Assembly: GCA_017541885.1 (NCBI GenBank) | Contig: JAFXYF010000005.1 | Coordinates: forward strand, 7,835 to 71,834 | DNA length: 64,000 nt | DNA from: Bacilli bacterium | Lineage (GTDB): Bacteria; Bacillota_I; Bacilli_A; RF39; UBA660 | Reading direction: 5' to 3' | Shown: piece by piece, positions 49,109 to 57,340 of the stretch | How positions within the stretch are numbered: the first letter of the stretch is position 1 | How the letters are laid out: the number at the start of each line of letters is the position of its first letter | Notes under the pieces: model-generated | What the model was told of the DNA's origin: nothing | Databases searched by the model: none | What the model saw: only the letters and a program-made list of their open reading frames with translations | Translations under genes and position numbers: made by a program

Positions 49109-51622
49109 ATGGAAGAAAAACAAAAGAGTTATATAAGACCAATTGTAATAGTTATGATCTTTGCATTTCTAACTATTGGCTATGCATATTTAACTTCGGT
49201 TCTTAATATTAATGGATCTACATTAATAAAGAATCCTACTTGGGATGTACATTTTGAAAATGTACAAGTTAAAGATGGTTCTGTTACTGGAGAACAAGTA
49301 ACACAAGAGCCAGAAATTGATACAAATAAAACTACTGTTAGTTTCCATGTTAATTTGAAGAAGCCTGGAGATTATTATGAATTTACTGTTGATGCAGTAA
49401 ACGCAGGAACAATAGATGCAATGATTAATACTTATTCTCATTTTGATTTAACTATTGATCAACTTAAGTATTTAGAAACTAGTGTCACATATGAAGACGG
49501 AGAAGAAATAGCTGAAAAGCAACAATTACTTGCAGGAGATTTTGCAATATATAAAATAGTTGTTTCGTTTAAGAAAGATTTAAGTGCAGAAGATTTACCT
49601 GATTCTCCAGAAGAATTAGATTTAGAGTTTACTGTTGAATATGTACAAAAGGATGATACTGCGATAGAGAGATTAGCTGAAACTAATTCTTTATACAATG
49701 TTTTAAAAAGAGAATATGATAATAACGGTTTAGCTAAACTATATAATGGTGCACATCAAGATAGTATGGATGCATCAAAATCTACTAAAAAAATTTATCA
49801 TTGGTATGCAAATAATAATACTGATGGTACTGCGGTAACTAACAAATTTAATGTTATATTTGCTAATCATTGTTGGCAAATGATAAGAACAACAGATACT
49901 GGTGGAGTGAAACTATTATATAATGGTGAAGCTGAAAATAATCAGTGCTTAGATACAAGAGGAACACATGTTGGAATTCATTCATATATTACTCAAAGCA
50001 TGTCTTCTGAGTATTGGTATGGGACAGATTATATTTATGATAAAACAACAAACAAATTTAAGATAGATGGTATAGTTGAAAAATCTGTATGGAATAGTAC
50101 AACAGGACCACAATTGGTAGGAAAATATACTTGTAAAAGTGTCGATGAAAATAATTTATGTGATACATTATATTTAATTATAAAGTATAATTCTTCAACT
50201 TATGCAGGTACTCTTATAATTGACTCAAACTCACATTATTCTCAATATGGTAGTTCGCAGTACAATTATTCATCATTTACTCCAGCTTATAATGGGTATA
50301 TGTATAATAATACATCTTACGAGATGAGAGAAATAATAACTTTAAAGACATACTCTTTTAGAACAAAAACAAATATTAACACTTCTTTTTGGTATGCTGA
50401 AGATTTTGATTGGAATAACGGGAACAGCACATATAGTTTAATTAATCCATTTCAAATAACTGATTTATCTGAAAGTGATAGTATTATTGGAAAATATACG
50501 TTTGGAAATACTAATCAAAATTTTACTTCAAGTAGCATCAAATATATTGTTGATGTAAAAGATGGTATGTATTACTATATTGAAGTTAAATCTGGTAATA
50601 GTTCGAGTGATTATAATTTAAGATTCATATATGGTGATTCTTTCTCTTATAATAACGATATATATACTATTAATAATTACACATCTTTTTATAGTTTTGA
50701 TTGGCCAAATGTATATGAAAATACTTTGAATAAATATATATGTCAGTTAGATAGTGGTAATTCTTGTAAGACACTATGGTATATAACTACTACAAGAGAA
50801 AACAATTTTGAATATGAAGTAGTATCAAATAATTATAAATTTAGTAATAGTTTTACATATGATGGAGAATATTATACTTTAGATAATGATTCTGTTATGG
50901 TTTGGGATTTTGCAAATAATGATGAACTTAATAAAATAAAAAATGCTCATTATACATGTTTTAATGAATCGGGCGTTTGTAAAAACATTAATTATGTATT
51001 TTACGGGTTACGAGGAAGTTCGAATGGAATTTGTTATGTAATTATAAAAAATGGTATGGATGTTGACTATGTTATTGATCAGATGTTTTATGTCGATGAT
51101 GTTAATACTTATGATTCTATTGCTAAATCTTCTGTAGATTCTTGGTATAATAAATACTTACTAAATTATTCTCAGTATTTGGAAGATATAATTTATTGTA
51201 ATAATAGAGATATTTCATCTTTAAGTGGATGGAATCCAAATGGTGGGAATATTGAATTTGATATGTATTTTGTAGCTTATTCTGATGATCTATATTGTAC
51301 AAATGAAACAGACAGGTTTAGTGTTTCTAATCCTAAAGCAAAATTAAACTATAAAACTGCATTGATTTCATCGAGAGATATGTTTTTATTGGGAAATGAT
51401 AAAATAAGAAGCAGTGGTCAAAGATATTGGGTAATGACTCCTAGAAGACTTGGAGGACAAAATGCTTACCATGGCCTTGTATCTTCCTCTGGTGATGCTG
51501 GGGATTTTAATACTATTTCTAGTGAAGCTGGTATTAGACCTACTATTTCTTTAAGACCTAGTACTATGTTTGAATCTGGTGATGGAAGTATGGCCAATCC
51601 TTATGTTGTTGATACTAATTAA
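49109..51622 (+). CDS. large signal-anchored surface protein, paralog A (TasA-like N-terminal domain, Tyr/Ser/Asn-rich Cys-pair repeats, conserved C-terminal domain)
   Basis: 837 aa. N-terminal anchor YIRPIVIVMIFAFLTIGYAYLTS. The first roughly 280 aa and the last roughly 170 aa are highly similar to the downstream paralog. The C-terminus reads GIRPTISL...GDGSMANPYVVDTN. Confidence 0.8.
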   Translation: MEEKQKSYIRPIVIVMIFAFLTIGYAYLTSVLNINGSTLIKNPTWDVHFENVQVKDGSVTGEQVTQEPEIDTNKTTVSFHVNLKKPGDYYEFTVDAVNAGTIDAMINTYSHFDLTIDQLKYLETSVTYEDGEEIAEKQQLLAGDFAIYKIVVSFKKDLSAEDLPDSPEELDLEFTVEYVQKDDTAIERLAETNSLYNVLKREYDNNGLAKLYNGAHQDSMDASKSTKKIYHWYANNNTDGTAVTNKFNVIFANHCWQMIRTTDTGGVKLLYNGEAENNQCLDTRGTHVGIHSYITQSMSSEYWYGTDYIYDKTTNKFKIDGIVEKSVWNSTTGPQLVGKYTCKSVDENNLCDTLYLIIKYNSSTYAGTLIIDSNSHYSQYGSSQYNYSSFTPAYNGYMYNNTSYEMREIITLKTYSFRTKTNINTSFWYAEDFDWNNGNSTYSLINPFQITDLSESDSIIGKYTFGNTNQNFTSSSIKYIVDVKDGMYYYIEVKSGNSSSDYNLRFIYGDSFSYNNDIYTINNYTSFYSFDWPNVYENTLNKYICQLDSGNSCKTLWYITTTRENNFEYEVVSNNYKFSNSFTYDGEYYTLDNDSVMVWDFANNDELNKIKNAHYTCFNESGVCKNINYVFYGLRGSSNGICYVIIKNGMDVDYVIDQMFYVDDVNTYDSIAKSSVDSWYNKYLLNYSQYLEDIIYCNNRDISSLSGWNPNGGNIEFDMYFVAYSDDLYCTNETDRFSVSNPKAKLNYKTALISSRDMFLLGNDKIRSSGQRYWVMTPRRLGGQNAYHGLVSSSGDAGDFNTISSEAGIRPTISLRPSTMFESGDGSMANPYVVDTN

Positions 51623-51696
51623 AAAGAGATATTTAATATCTCTTTTTTTTGTTTAATAATATGATATAATTTGTATAGAATAGGAGTGTGACCAAT
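51619..51696 (+). repeat. copy 2 of the duplicated terminator-promoter-RBS cassette
   Basis: The same hairpin occurs at 51621-51647, followed by TTAATAATATGATATAAT and AGGAG. Confidence 0.85.
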
Positions 51697-54201
51697 GTGG
51701 AACAAAAGTCTAAGACATATATAAGACCAATTGTTATTGTAATGATATTTGTGTTTATTACTATTGGTTATGCTTACCTTACTTCAGCTTTAAATATAAA
51801 TGGAGCTACACTACTAAAGAAACCTACTTGGGATGTACATTTTGAAAATGTACAAGTAAAAGATGGATCTGTAACAGGGGAACAGGTAATAGATGAACCT
51901 GAGATAGATTCAGAACAAACTACTGTAAGTTTCCATGTTAATTTGAAGAAGCCTGGAGACTATTATGAATTTACTGTTGATGCGGTAAATGCAGGAACTA
52001 TTGATGCGATGATTAATACTATTACTGATTTTGATTTAACAACTGATCAGTTAAAATACTTAGAAACAAGTGTTACTTATGAAGATGGAGAAGAAGTGCA
52101 GGCAAAACAACAGTTACTGGCAGGGGATACTGCAGTATATAAGATAAGAGTTGAGTATAAACTAGATCTTGATGCAGAAGATTTACCATCTAATCCAGAA
52201 CAGTTAGATTTGGAGTTTTCAGTTGAATATGTTCAAAAAGATGATACTGCGATAAGACGTAGAAGCGAAAAAGCTTTGTATAATGTCTTAAAGAAAGAAG
52301 CGGAAAGTGGTAGCGGTTATGCATTAAAATATACTGGTGCACATCAAGATAGTATGGATACTTCTTTATCAACAAAAGAAATATATCACTGGTATGCAAA
52401 TGATGAGAATGATGCGGGTATAATAAAAGATAAGTGGAATGTTATTTTTGCTAATCATTGTTGGCAAATGTTTAGAACAACAGATACTGGTGGTGTCAAA
52501 CTTATTTATAACGGAGAAGCTGAGAATGGTAAATGTTTGACTAACCGTTCAAACCATGTTGGATATGCAGCAACTTATATTCCTGAAACTCAAGAATTAT
52601 TGGATACATATTATTATGGAACAAGTTATTCATATGACTCTACAAGTAGTTTATTTAGCTTAGCAGGAGATATAACGACAGGTACAATAAGTGAAAAAAA
52701 GTATACTTGTCTAAGTTCTTCTTCTAATGGTACATGTTCAACTTTGTATTTAATTGATACTATTTCAAGCGATTCAACATATTATGTAATACCATTAAAA
52801 GGTAATTCTAATAGTCATTTCTATGGCTCTTTAAATTATAATGCTTTTGCTCAAGGTGAAGAATATTCTACCGGTTACATGTATAATGTTTCTAATTATG
52901 AAAGAGATCAAAAATCGATGACTTCATATACTAAGGTTTTTTATGATACTACTCTTTCTACATCTTATTACTATTCCGATTCATATGATTACAATGAAAC
53001 AGAAGCGAACAAATATACTTTAAGTAATCCTTATTTGATATCTAGTTCATCTGAATATTCAAGCTTAGTTGGTAAATATACGTTTAAAAGTACTACAAGT
53101 GATTCTTCTAGTAGTTCAATATATTATATTGCTGGTGTTAGTGGCTCAACTATGTATTATAAAGAATTAAAATATGGTCATGATTTATCTTATTACAATT
53201 TTACTATTACTTATGGAGATAGTTATACATCTAATGGAAATGGAACATATACAATTAACAATGCTTCAACAATAGATATATATAATTGGTATTCTAATTA
53301 TTCAAACTTTGGTAATAATAAATACTTTTGCAAAAATGCTTCATCAGGCAATAGATGTAGTTCATTGTATTACTCAACTGTGGTTATGGCTACGCACTAT
53401 TCTTATTCCAGTATGTCTAATACTTATAAGTATGCTAGTGGATTTACATATGATAGTACTACTTCTAAATATACATTAAACAACGATTCTGTTTCAATTT
53501 GGAAAGCATTAGATAGTGATAGTCTTGATAGTATTGGTGATCATCATTATACTTGTTGGAATTCAAGTGGTACTTGTAGTAAAATTGCATATATCTATCG
53601 GTTTGTTAATGGTGATGAATATTGGTATATTGAATTGGAAAATGGTAGAAGTATTGATGATTTTTTCAATGATTCTCTTTACGGAGATAATATTAATTCA
53701 AAATCTTCAACAATAAAAATTGGAATAGATGCATGGTATGCAAAATATATGAATTCATATAATAGTTTTATAGAGGACACTATTTTTTGTAATGATAGGA
53801 GCTTTAGTTCAGATAGTGGCTGGAATCCAAATGGTGGAAATATTAGAACTTCTGCTCTTCTGCATGGATCTAGTGGTTTGAGTTGTTCTAAGGTTACGGA
53901 TAGATTTAGTATTAATAATTCAAAAGCTCAGTTAACATATCCAGTAGGTTTAATTACTTATAATGAATTAAATTATTTAGGATATCGAAATGTTTGGTAT
54001 AATTATGGTAGCTTTTGGATAGGAACTCCAGCAGATATAAGTGGCATTTTTGATGCAACAGGTGGAAATAGGGTTGTTTTTGGTGTAGGTGGTAGTGTAA
54101 ATGCTTCTGGAGTTCGCCCGGTTATTTCTTTAATACCTTGGATTCAATATGAAAGCGGTGATGGAAGTATGGCTAATCCTTATGTTATTGATACTGATTA
54201 A
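51697..54201 (+). CDS. large signal-anchored surface protein, paralog B
   Basis: About 834 aa from GTG 51697, which lies 10 nt after AGGAG, similar to the 9-nt spacing in paralog A. The track start at GTG 51688 sits only 1 nt after the RBS. The architecture matches paralog A, and the C-terminus reads GVRPVISL...GDGSMANPYVIDTD. Confidence 0.8.
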   Translation: MEQKSKTYIRPIVIVMIFVFITIGYAYLTSALNINGATLLKKPTWDVHFENVQVKDGSVTGEQVIDEPEIDSEQTTVSFHVNLKKPGDYYEFTVDAVNAGTIDAMINTITDFDLTTDQLKYLETSVTYEDGEEVQAKQQLLAGDTAVYKIRVEYKLDLDAEDLPSNPEQLDLEFSVEYVQKDDTAIRRRSEKALYNVLKKEAESGSGYALKYTGAHQDSMDTSLSTKEIYHWYANDENDAGIIKDKWNVIFANHCWQMFRTTDTGGVKLIYNGEAENGKCLTNRSNHVGYAATYIPETQELLDTYYYGTSYSYDSTSSLFSLAGDITTGTISEKKYTCLSSSSNGTCSTLYLIDTISSDSTYYVIPLKGNSNSHFYGSLNYNAFAQGEEYSTGYMYNVSNYERDQKSMTSYTKVFYDTTLSTSYYYSDSYDYNETEANKYTLSNPYLISSSSEYSSLVGKYTFKSTTSDSSSSSIYYIAGVSGSTMYYKELKYGHDLSYYNFTITYGDSYTSNGNGTYTINNASTIDIYNWYSNYSNFGNNKYFCKNASSGNRCSSLYYSTVVMATHYSYSSMSNTYKYASGFTYDSTTSKYTLNNDSVSIWKALDSDSLDSIGDHHYTCWNSSGTCSKIAYIYRFVNGDEYWYIELENGRSIDDFFNDSLYGDNINSKSSTIKIGIDAWYAKYMNSYNSFIEDTIFCNDRSFSSDSGWNPNGGNIRTSALLHGSSGLSCSKVTDRFSINNSKAQLTYPVGLITYNELNYLGYRNVWYNYGSFWIGTPADISGIFDATGGNRVVFGVGGSVNASGVRPVISLIPWIQYESGDGSMANPYVIDTD

Positions 54202-54202
54202 A

Positions 54203-54230
54203 AGAACTAGAAATTTTTCTAGTTTTTTCT
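54203..54230 (+). terminator. rho-independent terminator after paralog B
   Basis: AACTAGAAA/TTTCTAGTT stem followed by a T-run. Confidence 0.7.
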
Positions 54231-54269
54231 TTTATTATTTAGAAATTGTGTTATAATACTTATATATTT

Positions 54270-54468
54270 TGTGTTGATGAAGAAGTATTAGTGATTTTGA
54301 TACTTGTAGAGAGTCTATGGTTGGTGAAAATAGATAGTTAGAAATCATGAACTTGTCTTTTGAACAAATTGGGTGATTCCGTTATCAATTATAAAGTGTA
54401 TAGTAAATAACTATGAATTAAGGTGGTACCGCGAGTAATTCGTCCTTAAATTTATAGTTATTTTTTTT
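54270..54468 (+). promoter_or_regulatory. T-box riboswitch leader (leucine specifier candidate)
   Basis: Stem I elements AGAGAG and GGTGAAAA are present. The candidate specifier is CTT followed by G at 54352-54355. The conserved T-box AATTAAGGTGGTACCGCG lies at 54416-54433. A terminator (AAATAACTAT...ATAGTTATTTTTTTT) overlaps it. A TTATAAT -10 box lies upstream at about 54251. Confidence 0.8.
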
Positions 54469-54477
54469 GGAGGAAAT

Positions 54478-54867
54478 ATGGATGAGTTAATATTATTTTT
54501 TCTTACATTTTTATTACTCTTTATGATTTATCAAATATTTTTAATTGGACCTTTGAAAGAAGAGAATCTTGAAAAGAGAAAGAATAAAAAGAAATCTGAT
54601 AAAGAATTATTAGAGATTAAATATTTAAAGAGTAAATATGATTTAGATTTTAATAAGATAAAAAGAAATCAATTATTACAATTATGTGCAATTACATCTA
54701 GTTTAGATATGGCTATTGCGGTTACAGTTGTCGCATTTATTAAGTCTTTCCTGTGGGAGATTGTAGTTGGATTTGTAGTAGTTGTTTCATTAATTTATAT
54801 TAGTTATTATTTGATTTATTTATTTTATAAAAAGAAGGGAATGGTAAAGAATGGAAAACATAAATAA
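54478..54867 (+). CDS. hypothetical small membrane protein co-transcribed with leuS
   Basis: 129 aa. An N-terminal TM helix, a Lys-rich loop and two C-terminal TM helices. GGAGG RBS. It overlaps the leuS start by 17 nt. Confidence 0.5.
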   Translation: MDELILFFLTFLLLFMIYQIFLIGPLKEENLEKRKNKKKSDKELLEIKYLKSKYDLDFNKIKRNQLLQLCAITSSLDMAIAVTVVAFIKSFLWEIVVGFVVVVSLIYISYYLIYLFYKKKGMVKNGKHK

Positions 54868-57262
54868 AATAGAAAAGAAATGGCAAGATTACTGGGATAA
54901 TCATGAAACATTTAAAAGTGAAACTGGAGGAGACAAGAAACCTTATTATATCTTAGTAGAGTTTCCTTATCCTTCTGGAGCAGGACTTCATGTTGGACAT
55001 GTTAGAAGTTATACTGCACAAGATGCGATTGCTCGTATGATGAGACTTCAAGGATATAACATTTTATATCCAATGGGTTGGGATGCTTTTGGTGCTCCTG
55101 CAGAGCAATATGCAATTAAGAATCATATTCATCCAAAAGAAGCAGTTAAAGAAAATATTAAGACTTTTAAGGGACAAATGAAATCACTTGGATTCTCATT
55201 TGATTGGAGTAGAGAGTTTTCTACAACTGATCCTGAATATTATAAATGGACTCAATGGCAATTCTTACAATTTTATAAACATGGAATGGCTTATAAAGAT
55301 ACTATTCCTGTTAACTGGTGTCCTACATGTAAAAGTGTTTTAAGTAATGAGGATGCAGCTGGAGGAGTATGTGAGAGATGTGGAAGTCAAGTTGAACAAA
55401 AAGAGAAGAGTCAATGGATGCTTAGAATGAGTGATTATTCAGAAGACTTATTAAAGGGACTTGATGATACAAACTTTGCTGATAGAGTTAAGTTAGGACA
55501 AATCAACTGGATTGGTAAGAGTGAAGGTGTAGAAGTAGATGTTGATATAGTAGGTGGAGGAAAGTTTAGTATATTTACTACTTGTCCTGAAACTATCTAT
55601 GGTATTACTTTCTTTGTTATTGCACCTGATGGAAAACTTATTAAAGAGTTAATGGATAGAGTTCTAAATAAAGATGAAGTAAATGCTTATATTAAAGAGA
55701 CTTCTATGAAGAGTGCAATGGATAGAACTGAACTTAATAAAGGTAAGACTGGAGTAGAAGTTAAAGGAATTAAAGCAATTAATCCTGTTAATGGTAAAGA
55801 AGTTCCAATATTCTTAGGAGACTTTGTATTAGGTGATTATGGTACTGGAGCAGTTATGGCAGTTCCATCACATGACCAAAGAGACTTTGAATATGCTAAG
55901 GAACATAATCTTGAAATTATTAAAGTAATTGATTGTGGTGATATAACAGAACATGCGATTGAAAAGACTGAATATATGGGTCATGAATATAAGATGATTA
56001 ATTCAGAAGAGTTTGATGGTATGACTGTTGATGAAGCTAGAGTTAAGATTGCTGATATGATTGAAGCTAAGGGCTTTGGTCGTAGAGTAAATAATTATAA
56101 GATGAGAGACTGGATTTTCTCAAGACAAAGATTCTGGGGAGAACCAATTCCAATGATTAACTGTCCTAAATGTGGATGGGTTCCAATGAATGAGGAAGAT
56201 TTACCATTATTACTTCCAGATGTAGCTGAATATGAACCTACTGAAGATGGAGAGTCTCCACTTGCAAATATTACTGACTGGGTTAACTGTAAGTGTCCTA
56301 AGTGTGGAGGAGATGCAAAGCGTGAGACTGATACAATGCCTAACTGGGCAGGATCTTCTTGGTACTTCTTAAGATTTATGGATCCACATAATGATAAAGA
56401 ATTTGCTTCAATGGACGCTATGAAATACTGGAATAGAGTAGATTGGTATAATGGTGGAATGGAACATACTGCAAGACACTTATTATATGCTAGATTCTGG
56501 GTACAATTCTTATATAATATTGGATTAGTTCCTCATAAAGAAATGATTTGGACAAGAGTTAGTCATGGTATGGTACTAGGATCTGATAATAGAAAGATGA
56601 GTAAATCTATTGGTAATGTTATTAATCCAGATGATATTGTTAAAGAATACGGAGCAGATACTCTTAGAGTATATGAAATGTTTATGGGAGATTATCAAAT
56701 GGATGCTCCTTGGAGTACTGAGTCTTTAAGAGGATGTAAGAGATTCTTAGATAAGATTGAAAGATTAAAAGATAAGATTAATGATAATAGTGGATATAGT
56801 GAAAAGCTTGAAGCACTTCAAAATAAGACTATTAAGAGAATTGAATATGATATGATGCACATGGGTTATAACACTGTTATTTCTTCATTAATGATCTTAG
56901 CAAATGCTTATGATGATATGGATTCTATTACTAAAGAAGATTATCGTTTAATCTTAACATTATTAAACCCAATTGCTCCTCATATTACTGAAGAATTAAA
57001 TGAATCTTTAGGATATAAACCTATTTGTGAGAGTGAATGGCCTACTTATGATGAAGAAAAGACTATTGAAAATACTAAAGATATAGCAGTACAAGTAAAT
57101 GGTAAAGTAAGAGGAACAATAACTATTTCAATTGATGATGATGATCAAACTATTCAAGAAAAAGCTCTTGAAAATGAGAATGTTCAAAAACATTTAGAGG
57201 GAAAAGAAATAGTAAAAGTTATTGTTATTAAGGGTAAAATTGTTAATATAGTTGTTAAATAG
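54851..57262 (+). CDS. leuS: leucyl-tRNA synthetase
   Basis: 803 aa with the class I motifs HVGH (GLHVGHVRSY) and KMSKS, and Zn-binding CPTC/CERCG and CPKCG elements. Confidence 0.97.
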   Translation: MENINKIEKKWQDYWDNHETFKSETGGDKKPYYILVEFPYPSGAGLHVGHVRSYTAQDAIARMMRLQGYNILYPMGWDAFGAPAEQYAIKNHIHPKEAVKENIKTFKGQMKSLGFSFDWSREFSTTDPEYYKWTQWQFLQFYKHGMAYKDTIPVNWCPTCKSVLSNEDAAGGVCERCGSQVEQKEKSQWMLRMSDYSEDLLKGLDDTNFADRVKLGQINWIGKSEGVEVDVDIVGGGKFSIFTTCPETIYGITFFVIAPDGKLIKELMDRVLNKDEVNAYIKETSMKSAMDRTELNKGKTGVEVKGIKAINPVNGKEVPIFLGDFVLGDYGTGAVMAVPSHDQRDFEYAKEHNLEIIKVIDCGDITEHAIEKTEYMGHEYKMINSEEFDGMTVDEARVKIADMIEAKGFGRRVNNYKMRDWIFSRQRFWGEPIPMINCPKCGWVPMNEEDLPLLLPDVAEYEPTEDGESPLANITDWVNCKCPKCGGDAKRETDTMPNWAGSSWYFLRFMDPHNDKEFASMDAMKYWNRVDWYNGGMEHTARHLLYARFWVQFLYNIGLVPHKEMIWTRVSHGMVLGSDNRKMSKSIGNVINPDDIVKEYGADTLRVYEMFMGDYQMDAPWSTESLRGCKRFLDKIERLKDKINDNSGYSEKLEALQNKTIKRIEYDMMHMGYNTVISSLMILANAYDDMDSITKEDYRLILTLLNPIAPHITEELNESLGYKPICESEWPTYDEEKTIENTKDIAVQVNGKVRGTITISIDDDDQTIQEKALENENVQKHLEGKEIVKVIVIKGKIVNIVVK

Positions 57263-57288
57263 AAAGGTTAATCCTTTCTATTTTTTTG
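57260..57288 (+). terminator. rho-independent terminator after leuS
   Basis: AGAAAGG-TTAAT-CCTTTCT followed by a T7 run. Confidence 0.75.
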
Positions 57289-57340
57289 ACTTTTTCCTTA
57301 CTTTATGGTATAATGTGCGTACTAATGGGGGTTGGTAGTT

